DNA of 64,000 nucleotides from Squalus acanthias (lineage: Eukaryota), in assembly GCA_030390025.1 (NCBI GenBank), contig CM059432.1:114950001-115014000 (forward strand), read 5' to 3'. Both the position numbers and the translations under genes were made by a program. Below, one piece after another: positions 38,523 through 53,800 of the stretch; the first letter of the stretch is position 1; each line of letters opens with the position of its first letter. Under the pieces are notes generated by a model. That model had not been told where the DNA came from. It ran no database searches and worked only from the letters and a program-made list of their open reading frames with translations.

Positions 38523-39731
38523 ATAGAATACAAAAGCAAGGAAACTATGGTAAACCTTTATAAATCACTGGTTAGGCCTCAGCTAGAATATTGTGTCCAA
38601 TTCTGGGCACCACACTTTAGGTAGGATGACAAGGCCTTGGAGAGGGTGCAGAGGAGATTTACCAGAATGGTACCAGGGATGAAGGACATGAGTTATGTGG
38701 AGAGACTAGAGAAGCTGCGATTGTTCTCCTTAAAACAAAGAAGATTAAAGGGAGATTTAATAGAAGTCTTCAAAATTATTAAAGGTTTTGATAGAGTAGA
38801 TAGAGAGAAACTGTTTCCACTGGCAGATGGGTCAGTAACAGAGGACACAGATTTAAGGTAATTGACAAAAAGTCAGGGGGAAATTAGGAGAATTTTTCTT
38901 TTTACGCAGCGAGTTGTAATGATTGGGAATGCACTGCCTGAAAGGGTGCTGGAAACATATTCAATGACAACTTTCAAAAGGGAATTGGATATATACTGGA
39001 AACAGAACATTTTAGGGCTATAGGGAAAGAGCAGGGGAGTGGGACTAATTGGAAAGCTCTTTCAAAGAGCCGGCACGGACACGAGGTGCCGAATTTCCTT
39101 CTATGCTGTAAGATTCTGCTTAGGAGCAACTCCAAAGTGAGTTGGTGGTTCTCCCAGAATGCCATCCGCCCCACCCCCTCCCCACAGAACGCTCTCATCT
39201 AAAGCAACTGTTAAAAACTCGACATGAATCCCATCTACACAGGCTGCCCTACTATACAAGGCAAAGCAGTGAGTAGTTCACTTCCCATCAAACAAATTCA
39301 TTAGTGCCTCAATCTGTGCAGCACAATCAGAGTTTAAACGATTATTTTAAAGAGTGTTACACTCCGAACTTGTCATCCGAGCGCTGCACATCACGAGTAT
39401 TTCAGATCATATGGACCTCTGTTACTAATAAACACATAGCAGACGGGTTATGTATGCAGTTCATGTACTAGCAGAATGCAGGCCTACTGTGAGATCATTC
39501 GAAGCATGAACCAGGTAGTCTCACTCTCAAGCTATAATAACACAAGGTAGAATACTAGTTTGCGTATCACACACATATTACCAGTATAGATTACCATTAC
39601 TATATTTATACATATGCTGTACCTAAAACAGATGCTGAACAAATGAATACTGGCTCCTCTATCACCAACTCAGCTTGTCCTCTTTTCACTCAAACATTAG
39701 CTCCTTGTGATTTTGTGGGCATATATCTTAC

Positions 39732-40516
39732 CTTTACATATTTAGGAGTCCTGCATGAGCCTTGTATCAGATGTGAGGATATTGTCAGCTTTTACCCTGT
39801 GTGTATCCTATGCCCAGATTTACAATAGACTTTGATATACTGATGTGTGACCTACACCAGCAAGTGCAACGTTAAATAAAACATGTAATGGAGCTCACTG
39901 GAATGGACTGCTGAATTTTTATACTTCAGCATTCTGCATCAATTGAAAAAGGGAAGTACATTTAATCTTTATACAGTAGAAGCTCAATATATAATACATC
40001 AAAATGATCACATTGGAGCTAAAATTCCTGGGTTGGGAAAGAGCATAAAAGGTGAGTTCCATGCAGGGGCGATTGATTACCTTTAAAAAAAAATGGCCAT
40101 ACCATAGGACCAAAAGAAAATGATCTGGTTCATTTCCGCAGCCTTTCTACGGCGTCGAGCGTCCCCATCAGAGAGGCTGGGTGCTACTCTGAGATCCACC
40201 AGCATAACAGGACAGGTGTCTCTGATGCACCCATTCAAATGTTGGTCACCTTCCCTGATTATGGAAATTACCCTGCGATTTGCAACAAGGTTTTAGGCTG
40301 CAGATGGCTGAGAGTCCCAGACCATCACTCCTCTGCTGGCAGAGCAGGAAGCCAGGAATTTCAGGGCCATTGTCTACAACCAGACCTGTATAAGACAGTG
40401 TTGACCATAGCATTGCTGACAACTGTATGCAAAGATAAAACTGGTAACAATTCATGTGCTCAACAATATAAGTCCTGCTGCACAGATTCGAGCAGAAACC
40501 CGATACCAAACAAGAC
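39732..40516 (-). pseudogene. Two candidate decayed exons (40516-~40102 and 39851-39732)
   Basis: Acceptor tttag and donor gtatgg or gtaatc; a 120-bp exon-like segment with tgtag and aag|gtaag; scattered stops. Confidence 0.3.
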
Positions 40517-40810
40517 CTAAACTGATATTGTTAGACCCAGTTGACAGTTGCATTGATGATGATTGGCTGACCTTGTTGGCAGCAGTTTTTCAGTTTTGCT
40601 TATCCAGTACTGTGGCACAATAAATAATTTAATCCTGAGTCGCACAACATTGAGTTGGATTTTCTACTGGAAGTAACTGTAAGCCTATTAAAATTGGCAG
40701 CAGAACAAGTATCACCTGGAAATTGGTTATTACCAGGTTCCAAGATCTCTGTCTCTTTCCAGTAGGCAAACAATAGGAAGTTGCTCACAGGGTTCAAGAT
40801 TTTAAAAAAA

Positions 40811-41246
40811 TTATTTGTTCCTGGGATGTGGGCATCGCTGGCAAAGCCAGCAGTTTTTGCCCATCCCGAACTGCACTTGAGAAGGTGGAAGTGAGCCGCC
40901 TTCTTGAACCGCTGCAGTATTATTGTTTTTTGTAACGGTTTCGTACAACTGAGTGGCTTGCTCGGCCACTTCAGTAGGTATTGCTGTGGGTCTGGAATCA
41001 CATATAGGCCAGACCATGTAAGGACAGCAGATTTCCTTCGCTAAAGGACATCAGTGAATCAGATGGATTTTTACGACAATCCGATAGTTTTATGGTCACC
41101 ATTACAGATACTAGCTTTTTATTATTTAACTATCTGAATTTAAATTCCCCAGCTGCCGTGGTGGGATTTTAACACACGTCTCTGGATCATTAGTCCAGGC
41201 CTCTGCATCACTAGTCCAGTAACATAACCACTGTGCTAGCGTACCC
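40811..41246 (-). mobile_element. tRNA-derived SINE with a LINE-like 3' tail, family not assigned
   Basis: Minus-strand A-box-like TAGCACAGTGG and degenerate B box GTTAAAATCCC; tail ttcaagaaggcggctcac...gccagcgatgcccacatccc. Confidence 0.7.
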
Positions 41247-41851
41247 ATAATGTGACAGCATGAGTGGCCTAGTCTAACATGGGGCAGATCAGAGCCTGAT
41301 TTTTCCCCTCCAGTATGGCAGGGTGACTGGTGACAAAGATAAGACCTGTTGGAAGTTCCGCATTTCACTACAAAGCGACATTTATTTACATTTAATGGGT
41401 GCCTTTCCCTATTGACTTGGCTAAACAGAAGCACAATACTCCAGCATTTAGAACGTCTCACACTGTGGAGCCACTGCTCCTTGATAGGTGCAGTGACATA
41501 TTCAGTAAGCTGAGAACCTCCGAAATACCAGCTGGGGTTGGGGATGGAGGGATGGGCAGTACCAGGTCCGCCCCACCCACACACCACTCCAGCCAGGAAA
41601 AGGAATTTGGCTGGCAGGCACACTTTAAAAGTTAAAACGATGCATCTATGGGCAACGTCGTGTCATCTAGTGTACAGACAACACAAGGAATTGGGAGGTG
41701 TCATTGGACACCAGTCATGCAGCATTCTACCAATTTAATCCAGTTAGGGCAGTCAGGCTGGACAATGCAGAGATAGTTACCAATGTATAGTGGCAATGCA
41801 GGACTAAACCCCCAGAGATTAGACAATGCATCGTACTCACACTCCCCACAG

Positions 41852-44800
41852 TTCAGACAACGCACAGTGCTAACAATCCCGATTTCAGACAACGCACAGT
41901 GCTAACAATCCTGATTTCAGATTAAGCACAGTGCTAACAATCCTGATTTCAGACAATGCACAGTGCTAACAATCCCGATTTCAGACAACGCACAGTGCTA
42001 ACAATCCCGATTTCAGACAATGCACAGTGCTAACAATCCCGATTTCAGACAAAGCACAGTGCTAACAATCCCGATTTCAGACAACGCACAGTGCTAACAA
42101 TCCCGATTTCAGACAACGCACAGTGCTAACAATCCCGATTTCAGACAACGCACAGTGCTAACAATCCCGATTTCAGATTAAGCACAGTGCTAACAATCCC
42201 GATTTCAGACAGAGCACAGTGCTAACAATCCTGATTTCAGACAGAGCACAGTGCTAACAATCCCGATTTCAGACAACGCACAGTGCTAACAATCCCGATT
42301 TCAGATTAAGCACAGTGCTAACAATCCCGATTTCAGACAGAGCACAGTGCTAACAATCCTGATTTCAGACAGAGCACAGTGCTAACAATCCCGATTTCAG
42401 ACAACGCACAGTGCTAACAATCCCGATTTCAGACAGAGCACAGTGCTAACAATCCCGATTTCAAACAAAGCACAGTGCTAACAATCCCGATTTCAAACAA
42501 AGCACAGTGCTAACAATCCCGATTTCAGACAGAGCACAGTGCTAACATTCCAGATTTCAAACAAAGCACAGTGCTAACAATCCTGATTTCAGACAACGCA
42601 CAGTGCTAACAATCCCGATTTCAGATTAAGCACAGTGCTAACAATCCCGATTTCAGATTAAGCACAGTGCTAACAATCCCGATTTCAAACAACGCACAGT
42701 GCTAACAATCCCGATTTCAGATTAAGCACAGTACTAACAATCCCGATTTCAGATTAAGCACAGTGCTAACAATCCCGATTTCAAACAAAGCACAGTGCTA
42801 ACAATCCCGATTTCAGATTAAGCACAGTGCTAACAATCCCGATTTCAAACAACGCACAGTGCTAACAATCCCGATTTCAGATTAAGCACAGCGCTAAAAA
42901 TCCCGATTTCAGAAAACGCACAGTGCTAACAATCCCGATTTCAGACAAAGCACAGTGCGAACAATCCCGATTTCAGATTAAGCACAGCGCTAAAAATCCC
43001 GATTTCAGAAAACTCACAGTGCTAACAATCCCGATTTCAGATTAAGCACAGCGCTAAAAATCCCGATTTCAGAAAACGCACAGTGCTAACAATCCCGATT
43101 TCAGACAGAGCACAGTGCTAACAATCCCGATTTCAGACAACGCACAGTGCTAACAATCCCGATTTCAGATTAAGCACAGCGCTAAAAATCCCGATTTCAG
43201 AAAACGCACAGTGCTAACAATCCCGATTTCAGACAGAGCACAGTGCTAACAATCCCGATTTCAGACAGAGCACAGTGCTAACAATCCCGATTTCAGACAG
43301 AGCACAGTGCTAACAATCCTGATTTCAGACAACGCACAGCGCTAACAATCCCGATTTCAGAAAACGCACAGTACTAACAATCCCGATTTCAGACAACGCA
43401 CAGTGCTAACAATCCCGATTTCAGATTAAGCACAGCGCTAACAATCCTGATTTCAGATTAAGCACGGTGCTAACAATCCCGATTTCAGACAACGCACAGT
43501 GCTAACAATCCCGATTTCAGACAATGCACAGTGCTAACAATCCCGATTTCAGATTAAGCACAGTGCTAACAATCCCGATTTCAGATTAAGCACAGTGCTA
43601 ACAATCCCGATTTCAGACAATGCACAGTGCTAACAATCCCGATTTCAGATTAAGCACAGTGCTAACAATCCCGATTTCAGATTAAGCACAGTGCTAACAA
43701 TCCCGATTTCAGACAACGCACAGTGCTAACAATCCCGATTTCAGACAATGCACAGTGCTAACAATCCCGATTTCAGACAGGGCACAGTGCTAACAATCCC
43801 GATTTCAGACAGAGCACAGTGCTAACAATCCCGATTTCAGACAACGCACAGTGCTAACAATCCCGATTTCAGATTAAGCACAGTGCTAACAATCCCGATT
43901 TCAGAAAACGCACAGTGCTAACAATCCCGATTTCAGACAATGCACAGTGCTAACAATCCCGATTTCAGACAGGGCACAGCGCTAACAATCCCGATTTCAG
44001 ACAACGCACAGTGCTAACAATCCCGATTTCAGACAACACACAGTGCTAACAATCCCGATTTCAGACAATGCACAGTGCTAACAATCCCGATTTCAGACAA
44101 TGCACAGTGCTAACAATCCCGATTTCAGATTAAGCACAGTGCTAACAATCCCGATTTCAGATTAAGCACAGTGCTAACAATCCCGATTTCAGACAACGCA
44201 CAGTGCTAACAATCCCGATTTCAGGCAATGCACAGTGCTAACAATCCCGATTTCAGACAGGGCACAGTGCTAACAATCCCGATTTCAGACAACGCACAGT
44301 GCTAACAATCCCGATGTCAGACAATGCACAGTGCTAACAATCCCGATTTCAGACAACGCACAGTGCTAACAATCCCGATTTCAGACAATGCACAGTGCTA
44401 ACAATCCCGATTTCAGATTAAGCACAGTGCTAACAATCCCGATTTCAGACAACGCACAGCGCTAACAATCCCGATTTCAGATTAAGCACAGTGCTAACAA
44501 TCCCGATTTCAGACAACGCACAGTGCTAACAATCCCGATTTCAGACAACGCACAGCGCTAACAATCCCGATTTCAGACAACGCACAGCGCTAACAATCCC
44601 GATTTCAGACAAAGCACAGTGCTAACAATCCCGATTTCAGACAACGCACAGTGCTAACAATCCCGATTTCAGACAACGCACAGTGCTAACAATCCCGATT
44701 TCAGACAACGCACAGTGCTAACAATCCCGATTTCAGACAAAGCACAGTGCTAACAATCCCGATTTCAGACAACGCACAGTGCTAACAATCCTGATTTCAG

Positions 44801-47800
44801 ACAATGCACAGTGCTAACAATCCCGATTTCAGACAGAGCTCAGTGCTAACAATCCCGATTTCAGATTAAGCACAGTGCTAACAATCCCGATTTCAGACAA
44901 CGCACAGTGCTAACAATCCTGATTTCAGACAACGCACAGCGCTAACAATCCCGATTTCAGACAACGCACAGTGCTAACAATCCCGATTTCAGACAGAGCA
45001 CAGTGCTAACAATCCCGATTTCAGACAGAGCACAGTGCTAACAATCCCGATTTCAGACAATGCACAGTGCTAACAATCCCGATTTCAGACAGGGCACAGT
45101 GGTAACAATCCCGATTTCAGATTAAGCACAGTGCTAACAATCCCGATTTCAGACAGAGCACAGTACTAACAATCCCGATTTCAGACAACGCACAGTGCTA
45201 ACAATCCTGATTTCAGACAACGCACAGTGCTAACAATCCCGATTTCATACAGAGCACAGTGCTAACAATCCCGATTTCAGACAGAGCACAGTACTAACAA
45301 TCCCGATTTCAGACAACGCACAGCGCTAACAATCCCGATTTCAGATTAAGCACAGTGCTAACAATCCCGATTTCAGACAACGCACAGTGCTAACAATCCC
45401 GATTTCAAACAACGCACGGTGCTAAAAATCCCGATTTCAGATTAAGCACAGTGCTAACAATCCCGATTTCAAACAACGCACAGTGCTAACAATCCCGATT
45501 TCAGATTAAGCACAGCGCTAAAAATCCCGATTTCAGAAAATGCACAGTGCTAACAATCCCGATTTCAGACAGAGCACAGTGCTAACAATCCCGATTTCAG
45601 ACAACGCACAGTGCTAACAATCCCGATTTCAGACAACGCACAGCGCTAACAATCCTGATTTCAGACAACGCACAGTACTAACAATCCTGATTTCAGACAA
45701 CGCACAGTGCTAACAATCCGGATTTCAGACAAAGCACAGTGCTAACAATCCCGATTTCAGACAAAGCACAGTGCTAACAATCCCGATTTCAGACAACGCA
45801 CAGTGCTAACAATCCCGATTTCAGATTAAGCACAGCGCTAACAATCCCGATTTCAGATTAAGCACAGTGCTAACAATCCCGATTTCAGACAACGCACAGT
45901 GCTAACAATCCCGATTTCAGACAGAGCACAGTGCTAACAATCCCGATTTCAGACAACGCACAGTGCTAACAATCCCGATTTCAGACAACGCACAGTGCTA
46001 ACAATCCCGATTTCAGACAACGCACAGTGCTAACAATCCCGATTTCAGACAATGCACAGTGCTAACAATCCCGATTTCAGACAACGCACAGTGCTAACAA
46101 TCCCGATTTCAGACAACGCACAGTGCTAACAATCCCGATTTCAGATTAAGCACAGCGCTAACAATCCCGATTTCAGATTAAGCACAGTGCTAACAATCCC
46201 GATTTCAGACAACGCACAGCGCTAACAATCCCGATTTCAGATTAAGCACAGTGCTAACAATCCCGATTTCAGACAAAGCACAGTGCTAACAATCCCGATT
46301 TCAGACAGAGCACAGTGCTAACAATCCCGATTTCAGACAACTCACAGTGCTAACAATCCCGATTTCAGACAACGCACAGTGCTAACAATCCCGATTTCAG
46401 ACAATGCACAGTGCTAACAATCCCGATTTCAGACAACGCACAGTGCTAACAATCCCGATTTCAGACAACGTACAGTGCTAACAATCCCGATTTCAGACAA
46501 TGCACAGTGCTAACAATCCCGATTTCAGACAATGCACAGTGCTAACAATCCCGATTTCAGACAATGCACAGTGCTAACAATCCCGATTTCAGACAACGCA
46601 CAGTGCTAACAATCCCGATTTCAGACAATGCACAGTGCTAACAATCCCGATTTCAGACAACGCACAGTGCTAACAATCCCGATTTCAGACAACGCACAGT
46701 GCTAACAATCCCGATTTCAGATTAAGCACAGCGCTAACAATCCCGATTTCAGATTAAGCACAGTGCTAACAATCCCGATTTCAGACAACGCACAGTGCTA
46801 ACAATCCCGATTTCAGACAGAGCACAGTGCTAACAATCCCGATTTCAGACAACGCACAGTGCTAACAATCCCGATTTCAGACAATGCACAGTGCTAACAA
46901 TCCTGATTTCAGACAATGCACAGTGCTAACAATCCCGATTTCAGACAACGCACAGTGCTAACAATCCCGATTTCAGACAATGCACAATGCTAACAATCCT
47001 GATTTCAGACAACGCACAGTGCTAACAATCCTGATTTCAGACAATGCACAGTGCTAACAATCCCGATTTCAGACAATGCACAGTGCTAACAATCCCGATT
47101 TCAGACAATGCACAGTGCTAACAATCCCGATTTCAGACAATGCACAGTGCTAACAATCCCGATTTCAGACAACGCACAGTGCTAACAATCCCGATTTCAG
47201 ACAACGCACAGTGCTAACAATCCTGATTTCAGACAACGCACAGTGCTAACAATCCCGATTTCAGATTAAGCACAGTGCTAACAATCCCGATTTCAGATTA
47301 AGCACAGCGCTAACAATCCCGATTTCAGACAACGCACAGTGCTAACAATCCTGATTTCAGACAATGCACAGTGCTAACAATCCTGATTTCAGACAACGCA
47401 CAGTGCTAACAATCCCGATTTCAGACAACGCACAGTGCTAACAATCCCGATTTCAGACAACGCACAGTGCTAACAATCCCGATTTCAGATTAAGCACAGC
47501 GCTAACAATCCCAATTTCAGACAAAGCACAGTGCTAACAATCCTGATTTCAGACAGAGCACAGTGCTAACAATCCCGATTTCAGACAACGCACAGTGCTA
47601 ACAATCCCGATTTCAGATTAAGCACAGCGCTAACAATCCCGATTTCAGACAACGCACAGTGCTAACAATCCTGATTTCAGACAACGCACAGCGCTAACAA
47701 TCCTGATTTCAGACAGAGCACAGTGCTAACAATCCTGATTTCAGACAACGCACAGTGCTAACAATCCCGATTTCAGATTAAGCACAGTGCTAACAATCCC

Positions 47801-50800
47801 GATTTCAGATTAAGCACAGTACTAACAATCCCGATTTCAGATTAAGCACAGTGCTAACAATCCCGATTTCAGACAGAGCACAGTACTAACAATCCCGATT
47901 TCAGATTAAGCACAGTGCTAACAATCCCGATTTCAGACAACGCACAGTGCTAACAATCCCGAATTCAGATTAAGCACAGCGCTAACAATCCCGATTTCAG
48001 ATTAAGCACAGTGCTAACAATCCCGATTTCAGATTAAGCACAGTGCTAACAATCCTGATTTCAGACAATGCACAGTGCTAACAATCCTGATTTCAGACAA
48101 TGCACAGTGCTAACAATCCCGATTTCAGACAATGCACAGTGCTAACAATCCCGATTTCAGACAATGCACAGTGCTAACAATCCCGATTTCAGACAACGCA
48201 CAGTGCTAACAATCCCGATTTCAGACAATGCACAGTGCTAACAATCCCGATTTCAGACAATGCACAGTGCTAACAATCCCGATTTCAGACAACGCACAGT
48301 GCTAACAATCCCGATTTCAGACAAAGCACAGTACTAACAATCCTGATTTCAGACAACGCACAGTGCTAACAATCCCGATTTCAGACAAAGCACAGTGCGA
48401 ACAATCCCGATTTCAGACAATGCACAGTGCTAACAATCCCGATTTCAGACAACGCACAGTGCTAACAATCCCGATTTCAGACAGAGCACAGTGCTAACAA
48501 TCCCGATTTCAGACAACGCACAGTGCTAACAATCCCGATTTCAGACAGAGCACAGTGCTAACAATCCCGATTTCAGATTAAGCACAGTACTTACAATCCT
48601 GATTTCAGACAACGCACAGTGCTAACAATCCCGATTTCAGATTAAGCACAGTACTAACAATCCTGATTTCAGACAACGCACAGTACTAACAATCCCGATT
48701 TCAGACAAAGCACAGTGCTAACAATCCCGATTTCAGACAGAGCACAGTGCTAACAATCCCGATTTCAGACAACGCACAGTGCTAACAATCCCGATTTCAG
48801 ATTAAGCACAGTGCTAACAATCCCGATTTCAGATTAAGCAAAGTGCTAACAATCCCGATTTCAGATTAAGCACAGTACTAACAATCCCGATTTCAGACAG
48901 AGCACAGTGCTAACAATCCCGATTTCAGACAGAGCACAGTGCTAACAATCCCGATTTCAGATTAAGCACAGTGCTAACAATCCCGATTTCAGATTAAGCA
49001 CAGTACTAACAATCCCGATTTCAGATTAAGCACAGTGCTAACAATCCCGATTTCAGATTAAGCACAGTGCTAACAATCCCGATTTCAGATTAAGCACAGT
49101 ACTAACAATCCCGATTTCAGACAGAGCACAGTGCTAACAATCCCGATTTCAGACAATGCACAGTGCTAACAATCCCGATTTCAGACAATGCACAGTGCTA
49201 ACAATCCTGATTTCAGACAAAGCACAGCGCTAACAATCCCGATTTCAGACAAAGCACAGCGCTAACAATCCCGATTTCAGACAACGCACAGTGCTAACAA
49301 TCCTGATTTCAGACAACGCACAGTGCTAACAATCCTGATTTCAGATTAAGCACAGTGCTAACAATCCTGATTTCAGACAAAGCACAGCGCTAACAATCCC
49401 GATTTCAGATTAAGCACAGTGCTAACAATCCCGATTTCAGACAGAGCACAGTGCTAACAATCCCGATTTCAGATTAAGCACAGCGCTAACAATCCCGATT
49501 TCAGATTAAGCACAGTGCTAACAATCCCGATTTCAGACAAAGCACAGCGCTAACAATCCTGATTTCAGACAAAGCACAGCGCTAACAATCCTGATTTCAG
49601 ACAACGCACAGTGCTAACAATCCCGATTTCAGATTAAGCACAGTGCTAACAATCCCGATTTCAGATTAAGCACAGTGCTAACAATCCTGATTTCAGACAA
49701 AGCACAGCGCTAACAATCCTGATTTCAGACAACGCACAGTGCTAACAATCCCGATTTCAGATTAAGCACAGTGCTAACAATCCCGATTTCAGATTAAGCA
49801 CAGTGCTAACAATCCCGATTTCAGACAACGCACAGTACTAACAATCCCGATTTCAGACAGAGCACAGTGCTAACAATCCCGATTTCAGACAATGCACAGT
49901 GCTAACAATCCTGATTTCAGACAGAGCACAGTGCTAACAATCCTGATTTCAGACAATGCACAGTGCTAACAATCCCGATTTCAGACAAAGCACAGTGCTA
50001 ACAATCCTGATTTCAGACAATGCACAGTGCTAACAATCCCGATTTCAGACAACGCACAGTGCTAACAATCCCGATTTCAGACAATGCACAGCGCTAACAA
50101 TCCCGATTTCAGACAAAGCACAGTGCTAACAATCCCGATTTCAGACAGAGCACAGTGCTAACAATCCTGATTTCAGATTAAGCACAGTGCTAACAATCCT
50201 GATTTCAGATTAAGCACAGTGCTAACAATCCTGATTTCAGACAACGCACAGTGCTAACAATCCCGATTTCAGATTAAGCACAGTGCTAACAATCCTGATT
50301 TCAGACAAAGCACAGTGCTAACAATCCTGATTTCAGACAACGCACAGTGCTAACAATCCCGATTTCAGACAGAGCACAGTGCTAACAATCCCGATTTCAG
50401 ACAAAGCACAGTGCTAACAATCCCGATTTCAGATTAAGCACAGTGCTAACAATCCTGATTTCAGACAGAGCACAGCGCTAACAATCCCGATTTCGGAAAA
50501 CGCACAGTGCTAACAATCCCGATTTCAGACAACGCACAGTGTTAACAATCCCGATTTCAGACAACGCACAGCACTAACAATCCCGATTTCAGACAGAGCA
50601 CAGTGCTAACAATCCCGATTTCAGACAACGCACAGTGCTAACAATCCCGATTTCAGACAAAGCACAGCGCTAACAATCCCGATTTCAGACAAAGCACAGC
50701 GCTAACAATCCCGATTTCAGATTAAGCACAGTGCTAACAATCCCGATTTCAGATTAAGCACAGTGCTAACAATCCCGATTTCAGGTTAAGCACAGTGCTA

Positions 50801-53800
50801 ACAATCCCGATTTCAGGTTAAGCACAGTGCTAACAATCCCGATTTCAGACAATGCACAGTGCTAACAATCCCGATTTCAGACAACGCACAGTGCTAACAA
50901 TCCTGATTTCAGACAACGCACAGTGCTAACAATCCCGATTTCAGACAACGCACAGTGCTAACAATCCTGATTTCAGACAACGCACAGTGCTAACAATCCC
51001 GATTTCAGATTAAGCACAGTGCTAACAATCCCGATTTCAGATTAAGCACAGCGCTAACAATCCCGATTTCAGACAACGCACAGTGCTAACAATCCTGATT
51101 TCAGACAACGCACAGTGCTAACAATCCTGATTTCAGACAACGCACAGTGCTAACAATCCCGATTTCAGACAACGCACAGTGCTAACAATCCCGATTTCAG
51201 ACAACGCACAGTGCTAACAATCCCGATTTCAGATTAAGCACAGCGCTAACAATCCCGATTTCAGACAACGCACAGTGCTAACAATCCTGATTTCAGACAG
51301 AGCACAGTGCTAACAATCCCGATTTCAGACAACGCACAGTGCTAACAATCCCGATTTCAGACAAAGCACAGTACTAACAATCCCGATTTCAGACAACGCA
51401 CAGTGCTAACAATCCCGATTTCAGACAATGCACAGCGCTAACAATCCCGATTTCAGACAAAGCACAGTGCTAACAATCCCGATTTCAGACAGAGCACAGT
51501 GCTAACAATCCTGATTTCAGATTAAGCACAGTGCTAACAATCCTGATTTCAGACAACGCACAGTGCTAACAATCCCGATTTCAGATTAAGCACAGCGCTA
51601 ACAATCCCGATTTCAGACAACGCACAGTGCTAACAATCCCGATTTCAGAAAATGCACAGTGCTAACAATCCCGATTTCAGACAGAGCACAGTGCTAACAA
51701 TCCCGATTTCAGACAACGCACAGTGCTAACAATCCCGATTTCAGACAACGCACAGCGCTAACAATCCTGATTTCAGACAACGCACAGTACTAACAATCCT
51801 GATTTCAGACAACGCACAGTGCTAACAATCCGGATTTCAGACAAAGCACAGTGCTAACAATCCCGATTTCAGACAAAGCACAGTGCTAACAATCCCGATT
51901 TCAGACAACGCACAGTGCTAACAATCCCGATTTCAGATTAAGCACAGCGCTAACAATCCCGATTTCAGATTAAGCACAGTGCTAACAATCCCGATTTCAG
52001 ACAACGCACAGTGCTAACAATCCCGATTTCAGACAGAGCACAGTGCTAACAATCCCGATTTCAGACAACGCACAGTGCTAACAATCCCGATTTCAGACAG
52101 AGCACAGTGCTAACAATCCCGATTTCAGACAATGCACAGTGCTAACAATCCCGATTTCAGACAACGCACAGTGCTAACAATCCCGATTTCAGACAACGCA
52201 CAGTGCTAACAATCCCGATTTCAGATTAAGCACAGCGCTAACAATCCCGATTTCAGATTAAGCACAGTGCTAACAATCCCGATTTCAGACAACGCACAGC
52301 GCTAACAATCCCGATTTCAGATTAAGCACAGTGCTAACAATCCCGATTTCAGACAAAGCACAGTGCTAACAATCCCGATTTCAGACAGAGCACAGTGCTA
52401 ACAATCCCGATTTCAGACAACTCACAGTGCTAACAATCCCGATTTCAGACAACGCACAGTGCTAACAATCCCGATTTCAGACAATGCACAGTGCTAACAA
52501 TCCCGATTTCAGACAACGCACAGTGCTAACAATCCCGATTTCAGACAACGCACAGTGCTAACAATCCCGATTTCAGACAATGCACAGTGCTAACAATCCC
52601 GATTTCAGACAATGCACAGTGCTAACAATCCCGATTTCAGACAACGCACAGTGCTAACAATCCCGATTTCAGACAACGCACAGTGCTAACAATCCCGATT
52701 TCAGATTAAGCACAGCGCTAACAATCCCGATTTCAGATTAAGCACAGTGCTAACAATCCCGATTTCAGACAACGCACAGTGCTAACAATCCCGATTTCAG
52801 ACAGAGCACAGTGCTAACAATCCCGATTTCAGACAACGCACAGTGCTAACAATCCCGATTTCAGACAACGCACAGTGCTAACAATCCCGATTTCAGACAA
52901 TGCACAGTGCTAACAATCCTGATTTCAGACAATGCACAGTGCTAACAATCCTGATTTCAGACAACGCACAGTGCTAACAATCCCGATTTCAGATTAAGCA
53001 CAGCGCTAACAATCCCGATTTCAGATTAAGCACAGTGCTAACAATCCCGATTTCAGACAATGCACAGTGCTAACAATCCTGATTTCAGACAATGCACAGC
53101 GCTAACAATCCCGATTTCAGACAACGCACAGTGCTAACAATCCCGATTTCAGACAATGCACAGTGCTAACAATCCTGATTTCAGACAACGCACAGTGCTA
53201 ACAATCCCGATTTCAGACAATGCACAGTGCTAACAATCCTGATTTCAGACAATGCACAGTGCTAACAATCCCGATTTCAGACAATGCACAGTGCTAACAA
53301 TCCCGATTTCAGACAATGCACAGTGCTAACAATCCCGATTTCAGACAATGCACAGTGCTAACAATCCCGATTTCAGACAACGCACAGTGCTAACAATCCC
53401 GATTTCAGACAACGCACAGTGCTAACAATCCTGATTTCAGACAACGCACAGTGCTAACAATCCCGATTTCAGATTAAGCACAGTGCTAACAATCCCGATT
53501 TCAGATTAAGCACAGCGCTAACAATCCCGATTTCAGACAACGCACAGTGCTAACAATCCTGATTTCAGACAACGCACAGTGCTAACAATCCTGATTTCAG
53601 ACAACGCACAGTGCTAACAATCCCGATTTCAGACAACGCACAGTACAACAATCCCGATTTCAGACAGAGCACAGTGCTAACAATCCCGATTTCAGACAAT
53701 GCACAGTGCTAACAATCCTGATTTCAGACAGAGCACAGTGCTAACAATCCTGATTTCAGACAATGCACAGTGCTAACAATCCCGATTTCAGACAAAGCAC

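Larger units (their letters stand above)
34540..39117 (+). mobile_element. Old degenerate CR1 LINE hosting a younger CR1 (with SINE) and a MITE
   Basis: VTETCL, YRPPNS, NYRPVSLTS, QRRFTRMVPG fragments; deletion near 37410; tail ctatgctgtaagattct. Confidence 0.9.
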
